Source: Thermoplasmata archaeon (lineage in GTDB: Archaea; Thermoplasmatota; Thermoplasmata; Lutacidiplasmatales; UBA184). Taken from it: 64,000 bases of DNA. A program made the translations under genes and the position numbers. The DNA lies in the NCBI GenBank assembly GCA_052326445.1, contig JBKQNC010000007.1, forward strand, positions 4,690 through 68,689, written 5' to 3'. Under the pieces are notes generated by a model. It was given only the letters and a program-made list of their open reading frames with translations. It made no database searches and had not been told where the DNA came from. Position 1 is the first letter of the stretch. Each line of letters opens with the position of its first letter. Shown here in pieces: positions 49,469 to 58,620 of the stretch.

Positions 49469-49579
49469 TTGTTTGGGAGGCGCGGGGCCGGCTCCGCTGA
49501 AGATTAACCCCCTCTGGCCCTCACCGCCACTCCACGCGACCGCCCTTTAATACCGGGCGACTAGCCCGAGGGTCGAACG

Positions 49580-50980
49580 ATGGAACTTTCGCTGCGAACC
49601 TGGCCGCGGCGGCTCGTAGCGCGGCCCTGGCTCTTGGGATTCGTGCCCATCAATGCGGCGACCTCCGGTTTCGGGGTCGTCCTCCCGCTCCTCATCCTCA
49701 TCCCCCTTCACGGAAGCTGGGCCGACGTCGCGATCGCCGCGACCATGTTCAACTCGGCCGTCATCCTCTCCTCCGTCGCCTGGGGCCACCTCTCGGACCG
49801 GTACCCGCTCCGCCGATTGTTCCTCGTGATCAACTTCGGCGGGTACGGGCTCCTGTACCTCGCGCTCGCCCACACCTCCACGCTCCTCGAGCTCTACGCC
49901 GTCTACGCCGTCATCGGCGTCATCTCCCCCGCGGGCGCGAGTGCCTCGAACCTGCTGATCCTCGAAAAGTTCACCGAGGGCGAGCGGCCGAACGCCTACG
50001 CCTCCTTCCAGGAGATGAGCATGATCGGTTCGATCATCGGTCTGCTCATCGGCTACTTCTGGACCCTCGCCGACGACGCTCTGCTCTCGCTCCTCTACCT
50101 GCTCGCCGCGCTCGCCGCCGCGAGCGCCGTCGCCCTCTGGTTCGGGGTCCAGGACCCGACCCGTTCCCTCACGACCGCCCAGGTCGCTCGGCATTCGGAA
50201 AGCCTGTTCTCCCGGATCCGGGAGTCGACGGCGCTGCGGATCTCCATCCCGTTCTTCCCGTTCCGCCCGAGCGTCGGACGGGGAGCCTGGCGGCGGTTCC
50301 GTGCGTGGGCCCGCGCCGAGCTCCACCACGAACTGCCGTTGATCTTCATCGCCTCCTTCCTGTTCAACCTCTCCGCGAACCTCTACAACATCTCGTACAC
50401 CCCGTACCTGTACTCCGCCGGTCTGGCCGCTTCGTCGATCTTCCTCGTGAACCTTTCGAACAACTTCGCCCAGACCCTGGTCTACCCGATCTCGGGAGGG
50501 CTCGCCTCGCGCTTCGGCGCCGACCGACTGGTGCAGCGGGCGACCTACCTGCGCTCGCTCGGCTACCTCGCGACCGCCGGGTTCACGTTCATCCTCTTCG
50601 CCCGCAGCGGGGTCTACGAGGCGAATCTCATCGTGTTCGGCGTCCTCGGAGCGGCGATCGCCGTCTACTCCACGGCGAGCTCCCTCATGCTGTTCCGCGG
50701 GCTCGAAGGTCGGGACGCGGGGAGCCTCCTCGGAGTGAACAGCGCGCTCGGCGGCGTGGCGGCGGTCGCGGGGGCGGGCCTCTCGGGCATCCTCGCGACG
50801 TTCGGGAGCTTCCGCTTCGTGTTTCTCGTCAGCGCCGGGGCGCTCCTCGTCTCCCTGCCCCTTTGGTCGGCCGCGTCCGTCGCCTACCTCCGGCGCAAGC
50901 ACCTCCGGGAGGCGGCCCCCCCGACCGTGACCCCGCCGCGGGACGCCCCGGAATCTACGGTGGTCGCGAAAACCCATTAA
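49580..50980 (+). CDS. MFS transporter
   Basis: 466 aa with about 12 TM segments. Has the loop motif GHLSDRYPLRRL. Confidence 0.8.
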   Translation: MELSLRTWPRRLVARPWLLGFVPINAATSGFGVVLPLLILIPLHGSWADVAIAATMFNSAVILSSVAWGHLSDRYPLRRLFLVINFGGYGLLYLALAHTSTLLELYAVYAVIGVISPAGASASNLLILEKFTEGERPNAYASFQEMSMIGSIIGLLIGYFWTLADDALLSLLYLLAALAAASAVALWFGVQDPTRSLTTAQVARHSESLFSRIRESTALRISIPFFPFRPSVGRGAWRRFRAWARAELHHELPLIFIASFLFNLSANLYNISYTPYLYSAGLAASSIFLVNLSNNFAQTLVYPISGGLASRFGADRLVQRATYLRSLGYLATAGFTFILFARSGVYEANLIVFGVLGAAIAVYSTASSLMLFRGLEGRDAGSLLGVNSALGGVAAVAGAGLSGILATFGSFRFVFLVSAGALLVSLPLWSAASVAYLRRKHLREAAPPTVTPPRDAPESTVVAKTH

Positions 50981-51014
50981 CCCGCGGGCCGGTGGGTCGG
51001 CTCGCAGGTTCTCC

Positions 51015-52148
51015 ATGGTCGAAGCTCCCACCGGGGTGCAACGGGGTCTCGAAGATGTCGTCGCGCTCGAGTCACGGATCTGCTTCATCGACGGGAAGCA
51101 GGGTCGGCTGATCTACGGAGGCCACGACGTCCGCGACCTCGCGAAGAGCTCGACGTTCGAGGAGGTCTCCTATCTACTTTGGTACGGCCGGCTCCCCACC
51201 TCCCAGCAGCTCGCCGGCCTCCGGGAACGCCTCTCCCTCCTGCGCGAGCTCCCACCGGCGATGGCGACGCGGATCGATTCGATGCCCGCGTCGGCGAACC
51301 CGATGGACGTGCTGCGGACCGCGGTCAGCGAGCTTGCGCTCTTCGAGCCGGAGGAGACCCGCCCCGGACCGAGCTCGATCGGGGGGGCCCAGCGCCTCAC
51401 GGCGGTCCTGCCGTCGATCCTGGGCCACTTCCACCGCCGCCGGGCCGGGCTTCCCCGTCTCGTCGTCCGTCCCCATCTCTCCGCCGCGGCGTACCTGGTC
51501 TACGCGCTGCTCGACCGCGAGCCGACCGAGCTCGAGGCCCGCGCCCTGGACGTCGCGCTCATCATCCACGCCGACCATGAGCTCAACGCCTCGACGTTCG
51601 CGGCCCGGGTGACGGCCTCCACCCTCAGCGACCTCTACAGCGCCGTCACGAGCGCGGTCGGGACGTTGAAGGGCCCCCTCCACGGCGGCGCGAACGAACG
51701 GGTCATGGAGCTGCTCGAGGAGATCGGCACCCCCGACCGCGCCGAGGAGGTCGTGAAGGCGAAGCTCGCCCGTCACGAGCGGATCATGGGGTTCGGCCAT
51801 CGGGTCTACAAGGTCGAGGACCCGCGGGCCACGATCCTCCGGGAATGGTCGCGTCGCGTCGGCGAGGCGAAGGGGAACCTGCGGTACTACGAACTCCTCC
51901 GCAAGGTGGAGGAGGTCGTGTTCCGGGAGAAGGGCCTCTACCCGAACGTCGACCTCTACTCCGGCTCGGTCTACTCCCTGATGGGGATCCCGCACGACCT
52001 GTTCACGCCGGTCTTCGCCTCGAGCCGGGTCGCCGGCTGGACCGCGCACGTGCTCGAAGAGTACCAGGACCTTCGGCTCATCCGGCCGACGGCGAAGTAC
52101 GTCGGGCCCGTCGACCTGCCCTACGTCCCGATCGCCGAGCGGAAGTAG
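51015..52148 (+). CDS. gltA: Citrate synthase
   Basis: Matches: GLEDVVALESRICFIDG..GRLIYGGHD, HADHELNAST, GPLHGGAN, GFGHRVYKVEDPRA. Confidence 0.95.
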   Translation: MVEAPTGVQRGLEDVVALESRICFIDGKQGRLIYGGHDVRDLAKSSTFEEVSYLLWYGRLPTSQQLAGLRERLSLLRELPPAMATRIDSMPASANPMDVLRTAVSELALFEPEETRPGPSSIGGAQRLTAVLPSILGHFHRRRAGLPRLVVRPHLSAAAYLVYALLDREPTELEARALDVALIIHADHELNASTFAARVTASTLSDLYSAVTSAVGTLKGPLHGGANERVMELLEEIGTPDRAEEVVKAKLARHERIMGFGHRVYKVEDPRATILREWSRRVGEAKGNLRYYELLRKVEEVVFREKGLYPNVDLYSGSVYSLMGIPHDLFTPVFASSRVAGWTAHVLEEYQDLRLIRPTAKYVGPVDLPYVPIAERK

Positions 52149-52545
52149 GCCGCCCCCCGCCGTGGGGCGACCGCGGGGACGTCCGGTCGACGCTCATCAA
52201 GGGGTACCGAAGGTCGGGGCGGTGGACGAGGCGCGCCTCGACGTGCGCGGCGCCGTCCCGGAGCTGGATCCGCACGTCCAACATCTCGGGCGTGAGGTAC
52301 CGGTAGGCGTATCGGCCCTGGCCGAGGCGTGGTCCGCGCCCGGGGGCGATCCGGACCTCGACGCCCGTCACGTACGGTTGAAGCGCCACCGCCCGTTCGA
52401 TCGTCTCGGCGAGGCCCGCGGCCGTCGCGGCCGATACCGGGATCCCAAGGTACTGGTGGAAGATCCCGCCAAGCTTGATCCCGGCCTCGAAGAGGAGCGC
52501 CTCGCGGTCGGTGAGGCTGGCCCGATGGATCTTCGATGCGGTCAT
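52078..52545 (-). CDS. mptD: Archaeal-type dihydroneopterin aldolase (MptD-like)
   Basis: It starts at ATG 52545, in an ATGA overlap with pssA. DREALLFEAGIKLGGIFHQYLGIPVS...ALQPYV...YPLMSV matches my recollection of the MptD family. The Arg-rich tail overlaps the 3' end of gltA. Confidence 0.6.
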   Translation of the reverse strand: MTASKIHRASLTDREALLFEAGIKLGGIFHQYLGIPVSAATAAGLAETIERAVALQPYVTGVEVRIAPGRGPRLGQGRYAYRYLTPEMLDVRIQLRDGAAHVEARLVHRPDLRYPLMSVDRTSPRSPHGGGRPTSARRSGRRAGRRARRTSPSAG

Positions 52546-53300
52546 GGACTCCCGCTCGACGGAGGGGACGGTCGAGGGACCGTGAAGGGACCGAGGAGAT
52601 AGTAGCTCGCCACGCCCACCAGCATGACGAAGCCGGCGGCGTAGGCGAGGTCGTAGAGCGGAGTTCCGACAGCCGGCCGGAACTGGACCGGGACGAGGAC
52701 GAGGCCGGCGGCGATCCCGGTGAGGACCATCGGCCAGCGGAGGGGCGAATCCCGCCGGATCTTCGGGTAGGGGATCGGGGCGACCATCAGGATCGCGAGC
52801 ACGGCGACCCCGATGAGCACCCCGACCGGCTGGACCGTCTGGAACGCGGGCGTGTCGTGGAACAGGAGGGCGACGATGAGGGCGAGCGCGCTTTGCGGGG
52901 TCGGGATCCCGAGGAAGTCCTTCCGCGAGTACGCCCGCGCCGTGAAGTAGGTCAGCCGGGCGAGGGCCGCCGCCAGGTAGGCGACGGCGAGGACAATCGC
53001 GTACGACTCGTACGGCTGCCACGTCCCGACGTTGGAGGTGTGGACCGCGATCAGGAACGCCGGGGCGAGCCCGAAGGTGATCCCGTCGGCGATGGAGTCG
53101 GCGACGCGGCCGAAGAGGCCGGAGGGGTTCGGGCTCCGACGGGAGAACATCCCGTCAAGCCCGTCGAACCCGAGGGCGCAGGCGATGAGGAGCATCGCCC
53201 AGAGCTTGTTGCCCCCGAGGACGTAGAGGATAGCGCCGACCCCGAGGAGCGCGTTCGCGAGCGTGGCCAGGTTGGCGGCGACCCGCCAGCGGTCGGTCAC
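52542..53300 (-). CDS. pssA: CDP-alcohol phosphatidyltransferase, archaetidylserine synthase-like
   Basis: Has the D-G-x2-A-R-x8-G-x3-D-x3-D-type motif FDGLDGMFSRRSPNPSGLFGRVADSIAD. It is polytopic and overlaps psd as GTGA. Confidence 0.8.
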   Translation of the reverse strand: MTDRWRVAANLATLANALLGVGAILYVLGGNKLWAMLLIACALGFDGLDGMFSRRSPNPSGLFGRVADSIADGITFGLAPAFLIAVHTSNVGTWQPYESYAIVLAVAYLAAALARLTYFTARAYSRKDFLGIPTPQSALALIVALLFHDTPAFQTVQPVGVLIGVAVLAILMVAPIPYPKIRRDSPLRWPMVLTGIAAGLVLVPVQFRPAVGTPLYDLAYAAGFVMLVGVASYYLLGPFTVPRPSPPSSGSP

Positions 53301-53935
53301 GTCCGCTCCCGGGCGATCGTCGTCGACCCCGCGTGGACCCGGTCGCCGACCCGCACCGTCGCTTCGACCTGCGAGGCGGGGAGGAAGACATCGACCCGGG
53401 AACCGAGGACGATCATGCCGAACCGATCGCCCTTCTCGAGGCTCGCCCCGACCCCGACGAAGGAGACGAGCCGGCGCGCAAGGATCCCCGTGATCTGAAC
53501 GAGACGGACCGCTCCGAGGGCGGTCGTGAACACGTAGATCCGCGCGACGTTCTGGTCTGCGTCGGGGCGGTAGGCGGGACGCTTACCGGACCCGGTCTCC
53601 CGGACGCTCGCGAACGTCCCGGCGAGGGGGACCCGGTTGACATGGACATCCGAGACGTTCATGAAGACGGAGATGAGGAGCTCGCTGCCGACCTCGCGGA
53701 CCTCCCGCACCCGGCCGTCCGCGGCGGAAACGATGTCCGCGCCGATCGCCCGCTCCGGGTCCCGAAAGAACGCGACGAGGAACAGCCAGAACGCGAATGC
53801 GACCCCCCAGACCCCGACCAGGGCGAGGAAGACCCACGGCACGAAGGGAAAGAACCGCAGCAGGAGAATGGCCCCGACCATCGCGAGGACGGCCCCCTCG
53901 ACGGCGAGCGGACCGCCCGAGCGGGGCGCGAACAC
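53297..53935 (-). CDS. psd: Phosphatidylserine (archaetidylserine) decarboxylase proenzyme-like
   Basis: It has N-terminal TM helices, then VSAADGRV...VHVNRVP, and a self-cleavage-type GS motif in FGMIVLGSRVD. The GTG start lies 4 nt after the rps10 stop. Confidence 0.75.
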   Translation of the reverse strand: MFAPRSGGPLAVEGAVLAMVGAILLLRFFPFVPWVFLALVGVWGVAFAFWLFLVAFFRDPERAIGADIVSAADGRVREVREVGSELLISVFMNVSDVHVNRVPLAGTFASVRETGSGKRPAYRPDADQNVARIYVFTTALGAVRLVQITGILARRLVSFVGVGASLEKGDRFGMIVLGSRVDVFLPASQVEATVRVGDRVHAGSTTIARERT

Positions 53936-53939
53936 GCGC

Positions 53940-54248
53940 CTACCCGGTGAGGACGATCTCGATATTCACGCCGTCGGGGACCTGGATCCGCATCACCTGG
54001 CGGAGGGCCCGTTCGTCGGCGGCGAGGTCTATCAGGCGCTTGTGGATCCGCATCTCCCAATGGTCGATCGTGCTCGTCCCGCCGCCGTCCGGCCCCTTGC
54101 GGACCGGGACCTTGAGCTTCTTCGTCGGGAGCGGGATCGGGCCGGCGATCTCGACGCCGGTCTTGGTCGAGATCTCCTTGATCATCTTGCAGATCGAGTC
54201 GACCTTACGAGCGTCGGTGCCGCTCAGGGAGATTCGGGCTTTCTGCAT
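53940..54248 (-). CDS. rps10: 30S ribosomal protein S10 (uS10)
   Basis: It starts at ATG 54248: [45 protein letters not shown]...HKRLIDL. 102 aa. Confidence 0.95.
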   Translation of the reverse strand: MQKARISLSGTDARKVDSICKMIKEISTKTGVEIAGPIPLPTKKLKVPVRKGPDGGGTSTIDHWEMRIHKRLIDLAADERALRQVMRIQVPDGVNIEIVLTG

Positions 54249-54289
54249 CGATAGTCCCTCCCCCCGTTCGGTCCGAGCCCACCGGGCGC

Positions 54290-55567
54290 TTACTCGCGCT
54301 TCTTGACGTCGACGACGACGCCGGCGGCGACGGTCTGACCCATGTCGCGCACCGCAAAGCGGCCGAGTTGCGGGAACTCTTTGTACTTCTCGATGACGAG
54401 CGGGCGCTTCGGCGTGATCCGCACGACCGCCGCGTCCCCGGTCTTGAGGGTCTGGGGGTTCTCTTCCGCGACCTGGCCCGTCTTCGGGTCGAGGCGCTTC
54501 AATAGCTCCGTGAACTCGCAGGCGACCTGCGCCGTGTGGCAATGGAAGACCGGCGTGTAGCCGACCGTGATGACGCTCGGGTGGTTGAGCACCTGGATGT
54601 TCGCGGTGAAGCTCTCCACGACCGTCGGAGGGTTGGAGACCGGGCCCGCCACATCGCCGCGGCGGATGTCGTTCCGGTCGATGCCGCGGACGTTGAAGCC
54701 GACGTTGTCCCCCGGGCCGGCCTCGGTGGTGGCCTCGTGGTGCATCTCGATCGACTTGACTTCGCCCGACTTCCCCGAGGGCAGGAAGATGATCTTGTCG
54801 CCGACCTTCAGGATGCCCGTCTCGACCCGGCCCACGGGGACCGTTCCGATACCGGTGATGGTGTAGACGTCCTGGACCGGGAGCCGGAGCGGCTTGCCCA
54901 CGGGCTTCTCGGGGACCTTCAGGTTGTCGAGCGCCTGGAGCAGGGTGGGTCCCTTGAACCAGGGCATGTTGGGGCTCGGCTTGTTGATGTTGTCGTCCTT
55001 GAAGGCGGAGATCGGGACGAAGACGACCTGGGTGTCGATCTTGAACCCGACGTTCTTGAGGAGTTTGGTCAGTTCCTCTTTGACCTCCTCGTACTTCTTC
55101 TCGGAGTAGGCGACCTCCTGCCGGTCCATCTTGTTGATGGCGCAGATCAACTGGGCGACGCCCAGCGTCCGCGAGAGGAAGATGTGCTCCCGCGTCTGTT
55201 CCTGGACCCCTTCCGCGGCCGAGCAGACGAGCACGGCCCCGTCGGCCTGGCTCGTCCCCGTGATCATGTTCTTGACGAAGTCCCGGTGGCCGGGGGCGTC
55301 GATGATGGTGAAGTAGTACTTCTGCGTGTCAAAACGCCGGTGCGCGATGTCGATGGTGACGCCGCGTTCCCGCTCTTCCTTGAGGTCATCCATGACCCAG
55401 GCGAACTCGAACGTCGCCTTGCCCTTCGCCTCGGCCTCCGCACGGAACTTGTCGATCTCTTCCTGGCGAATGTATCCCGTATCCAGAAGGAGGCGGCCGA
55501 CCGTCGTGGACTTGCCGTGGTCGACGTGGCCGATGAACACGATGTTAAGGTGGGGCTTGTTCGCCAT
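54290..55567 (-). CDS. tuf: Translation elongation factor EF-1 alpha (aEF1A)
   Basis: Matches: [21 protein letters not shown]. 425 aa. Confidence 0.97.
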   Translation of the reverse strand: MANKPHLNIVFIGHVDHGKSTTVGRLLLDTGYIRQEEIDKFRAEAEAKGKATFEFAWVMDDLKEERERGVTIDIAHRRFDTQKYYFTIIDAPGHRDFVKNMITGTSQADGAVLVCSAAEGVQEQTREHIFLSRTLGVAQLICAINKMDRQEVAYSEKKYEEVKEELTKLLKNVGFKIDTQVVFVPISAFKDDNINKPSPNMPWFKGPTLLQALDNLKVPEKPVGKPLRLPVQDVYTITGIGTVPVGRVETGILKVGDKIIFLPSGKSGEVKSIEMHHEATTEAGPGDNVGFNVRGIDRNDIRRGDVAGPVSNPPTVVESFTANIQVLNHPSVITVGYTPVFHCHTAQVACEFTELLKRLDPKTGQVAEENPQTLKTGDAAVVRITPKRPLVIEKYKEFPQLGRFAVRDMGQTVAAGVVVDVKKRE

Positions 55568-55707
55568 GGAGAGGCTCCGGGCGCGCCCAAAAGGTGCCCC
55601 TATTTAGGCGTTCGCTCAGCAGTCCGCCGAGAGAGAGTGTCGCGTGGGGGAGAGCAGGCCCGGCCGCGGCACGGCCCGGGCCCGTTCGGGAAGGGGTTCC
55701 CGCCGGT

Positions 55708-56130
55708 CTATTCAGCCGTGAGGTAAATCTCGTTCCCGTCGGGGTCCTTCACGGCGGCCCCCCATCCCCAGTCGGATTTGGCGGGTGGAGTGCTGAATTC
55801 GACCCCCCGGTCCATCAGGGCCTGGCATGCGCGGACGAAGTCGCCCGGGAGCGTGAACGCGATCCCCGAGTTGCCGGGCTCCATCGGCGCCTTCTTGTCG
55901 AACTCGGAGACCTGGCAAAGGTGGAGTTTCCCGCCCGAGCCCTTTCGGCCCACCGTCTGCCAGTGTTCCATGTTATCGATACGGTCGAGCCCGAAGTTCT
56001 TCGTGTACCACTCGACCGCCTTCGTTCGGTCCGACACGACGACCGCGACGCTGAGGAAGGAGGGCTTTGCGGCGGCGCTCAGAGATCTCTTGGGTTTGCT
56101 GGTTTTCCTCGGGGAGGGTTTCTTCGGCAT
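55708..56130 (-). CDS. VOC family (glyoxalase/bleomycin resistance/dioxygenase) protein with Lys-rich N-terminus
   Basis: It starts at ATG 56130 (MPKKPSPRKTSKPKR). Then VVVSDRTKAVEWYTKNFG...KDPDGNEIYL is typical of the glyoxalase fold. Confidence 0.75.
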   Translation of the reverse strand: MPKKPSPRKTSKPKRSLSAAAKPSFLSVAVVVSDRTKAVEWYTKNFGLDRIDNMEHWQTVGRKGSGGKLHLCQVSEFDKKAPMEPGNSGIAFTLPGDFVRACQALMDRGVEFSTPPAKSDWGWGAAVKDPDGNEIYLTAE

Positions 56131-56274
56131 AGTGCCTCGCAACGACCAGGCCGGACCGCGAGATAAGGGCCCCCTGAGGTACTGAAACGGTCGGCGAACC
56201 GCGCCGCCCATTCCGTCTCGAAATCCCTTTAGGGACAAGCGCGGTCGGCGACCCCTCGGAGTGGGGTCGTCGGA

Positions 56275-56760
56275 GTGGGGATTTCGTCCGGGGCCACGGT
56301 GGCGCAGAGCCGTGCCTCGGTCGTCCGACTGATGGTCCCGACCGACGCGAACTTCATGGGGAATGTCTTCGGCGGGGCGATCCTCGCCGAGGTCGACCGG
56401 GTCGCGTACATCACGGCCATGCGACACTCGAAGAGCCAGTGCGTGACGGCCTCCTTCGACCGGGCCGATTTCATCGCGCCCGTGCACGTCGGCGAGGTGG
56501 TGGACTTCGATGCCGAGATCACGTTCGTCGGAAGGACCTCGATGGAGGTCTGGGTCCGGGTGCGTGCGGAGGCCGGCTCCGGGGGCCCGAGCCGGGCGGT
56601 CCTGGAAGCCCTGATCACGATGGTCGCCGTGGACCGGACCGGGTCGCCGGTCCCGGTTCCGCCCCTGGTCCTGGAGAGTGACCTCGAGCGTCGCCGATTT
56701 GAAGAGGGGCGCGCTCGGATGGAAGCACGCCGCAAGACCCGTCAGAAGGTCGCGCCGTAG
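56275..56760 (+). CDS. Acyl-CoA thioesterase (hotdog fold, YciA/ACOT-like)
   Basis: Matches: MVPTDANFMGNVFGGAILAEVDRVAYITA, and VTASFDRADFIAPVHVGEVV. Confidence 0.85.
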   Translation: MGISSGATVAQSRASVVRLMVPTDANFMGNVFGGAILAEVDRVAYITAMRHSKSQCVTASFDRADFIAPVHVGEVVDFDAEITFVGRTSMEVWVRVRAEAGSGGPSRAVLEALITMVAVDRTGSPVPVPPLVLESDLERRRFEEGRARMEARRKTRQKVAP

Positions 56761-56771
56761 CCGGAGGATCC

Positions 56772-57218
56772 ATGTTGTGCGAAATGTGTGGTAAGGAGGT
56801 CGCGTTGACGAGCCGGGTGCGGGTCGAGGGAACCATCCTCGGTCTGTGCCCTGATTGCGAGAAGTTCGGGACCCGCTTGGACCCGCCCCCGATGGTGGCG
56901 CCCGCCCCCGGACGGGCGCCGACCGTCCCCGGGACGCCGGCCACCCGGACGTCCGCGGTCGGACGACGGATGGAGGAACGGGACCTCTACACCGAGATCG
57001 GGGAGCTCGAGCTGGCCCCCGATTGGCCGCGCCGGATCCGGATCGCCCGGGAGACCCTGGGCTGGACGCCGGACGACCTCGGAAAGAAATTGAACGAGAA
57101 GAAATCCGTCGTCCTCAAGCTCGAAAGCGGGGGCATCCACCCGCCCGATGCGCTCGTCCGCAAGGTGGAACGCATCCTGAAGACCCGGCTCCGGGCCGAC
57201 CCCGCCGCGACGGCGTAA
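56772..57218 (+). CDS. mbf1: Archaeal multiprotein bridging factor 1 (aMBF1): zinc ribbon + HTH cro/C1
   Basis: Has CEMCG...CPDCEKFG, then an HTH (RIRIARETLGWTPDDLGKKLNEKKSVVLKLESG). The ATG is preceded by GGAGGATCC. Confidence 0.9.
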   Translation: MLCEMCGKEVALTSRVRVEGTILGLCPDCEKFGTRLDPPPMVAPAPGRAPTVPGTPATRTSAVGRRMEERDLYTEIGELELAPDWPRRIRIARETLGWTPDDLGKKLNEKKSVVLKLESGGIHPPDALVRKVERILKTRLRADPAATA

Positions 57219-57244
57219 CGCGACGAGGCGGCCGAGGACGTCCT

Positions 57245-57589
57245 CTACCCCGACCGCGTAGGCGGGCGGGTGTGGGGAGAACGGACGGCGGGGAACCCGA
57301 TGGGCCGTTCGAGGCCCACGTCGCTCCGCACTTCGGCCCGGACGAATCCGTCGCCGTCCGAGCCCGCGGTGACGGACCGAAGGTCATGGTCGTACTCGCG
57401 GACCGCTTCCTCCCCCTCGGCCATCCCGACCCATCCGAGCACGGCGAGACCGACGAGCGCACCCAACCCGAACGCGACGTCCGGCCCGAACATGGCGAGC
57501 CCGCAGAGCACGAGCGTGCCGGCCCCCACGCCGCCCAAGATGCGCCAAAGGGTCCGGTGCGCTCGACGGTCGCGGTGCGAGAACGACAC
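57245..57589 (-). CDS. Small membrane protein (2 TM), 114 aa
   Basis: Has a GTG start and high GC3. Contains WRILGGVGAGTLVLCGLAMFG and FGLGALVGLAVLGWVGM. It lies 14 nt downstream of argF. Confidence 0.5.
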   Translation of the reverse strand: MSFSHRDRRAHRTLWRILGGVGAGTLVLCGLAMFGPDVAFGLGALVGLAVLGWVGMAEGEEAVREYDHDLRSVTAGSDGDGFVRAEVRSDVGLERPIGFPAVRSPHTRPPTRSG

Positions 57590-57603
57590 AGCTTCCGTCC
57601 CCC

Positions 57604-58542
57604 CTACCGTGCCGCCCCGCCGAGGAACATCTCGAGGATCGCCTTCTGGGCGTGCAGCCGGTTCTCGGCCTGGTCCCAGACCGCGGCGCGGGGCCCGTCG
57701 AGCAGCTCGTCCGTGATCTCTTGGCCCCGGTGGGCGGGCAGGTCGTGGAGGACGAACGCATCGGGGGCCGCTTTCGCGAGCAGGCCCGCATTCAACTGGT
57801 AGCCCCGGAAGGCCTTCTCCCGCGCCGTCTTCTCCGCCTCGTCCCCCATCGAGACCCAGACATCGGTGTAGAGGGCGTCGGCATCGGTCGCGGCGGTCGT
57901 CGGATCGTTCGTCAGCTCGATCGTCGACCCCGACAGCGCCGCCAGCGCCCGGGCCTCCGCCACCACCTCCGTTTTCGGCGGGTACGCGGCGGGGGTCGCC
58001 GCGGTCAGGTCGAGGCCGACGGCGGCCGCCCCGAGGAGGAGCGAGTGGAGGACGTTGTTCCCATCCCCCACCCAGCCCAGCCGGTGGCCCCGGAACCGGT
58101 GCTTCCAGCGTTCATACATCGTGAGCAGGTCGGCGACGATCTGGCAGGGATGCTCGAGGTCATCCAGCGCGTTGATGACGGGGATCGACGCCCACTTCGC
58201 CAGCTCGACCTCGTCGGTGTGTCGAAAGGCCCGGTAGGCGATCCCGTCCACGTAGCGGGACAGCACCCGGGCCGTGTCGGCGATCGTCTCGCCTCGACCG
58301 AGTTGCATGTCGTGGGAGGAGAGGAAGAGGGCATGTCCGCCCAGGTCGTGGATGGCCACCTCGAACGACGTGCGGGTCCGGGTCGAGGGCTTTTCGAAGA
58401 TCAACGCGAGGGTCTTGCCGGGCAGGGTCGTCCGCATCGTACCCTGCCGACGGGCGGTCTTCAGCTCGGCCGCGCGGCTGAGGATCGCCGGCAACCGGTC
58501 GGCGACATCGGAGATGGATAGAAGGTCCTTGGATGCGACCAT
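57604..58542 (-). CDS. argF: Ornithine carbamoyltransferase-like transcarbamylase (HCLP motif replaced by HDLP)
   Basis: Matches: STRTRTSFE, HPCQ, DVWVSMG. The usual F-x-HCLPA reads VLHDLPAHRG (the Asp codon is gac at 57744..57742). Confidence 0.85.
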   Translation of the reverse strand: MVASKDLLSISDVADRLPAILSRAAELKTARRQGTMRTTLPGKTLALIFEKPSTRTRTSFEVAIHDLGGHALFLSSHDMQLGRGETIADTARVLSRYVDGIAYRAFRHTDEVELAKWASIPVINALDDLEHPCQIVADLLTMYERWKHRFRGHRLGWVGDGNNVLHSLLLGAAAVGLDLTAATPAAYPPKTEVVAEARALAALSGSTIELTNDPTTAATDADALYTDVWVSMGDEAEKTAREKAFRGYQLNAGLLAKAAPDAFVLHDLPAHRGQEITDELLDGPRAAVWDQAENRLHAQKAILEMFLGGAAR

Positions 58543-58620
58543 GCCTCAGCGGCCCATGAGAGCAAAAGCGGGGCTATAGCCTAGGGGTGGGGCTGGGGCC
58601 ACCCGGGGCGCGGGTGGGGC

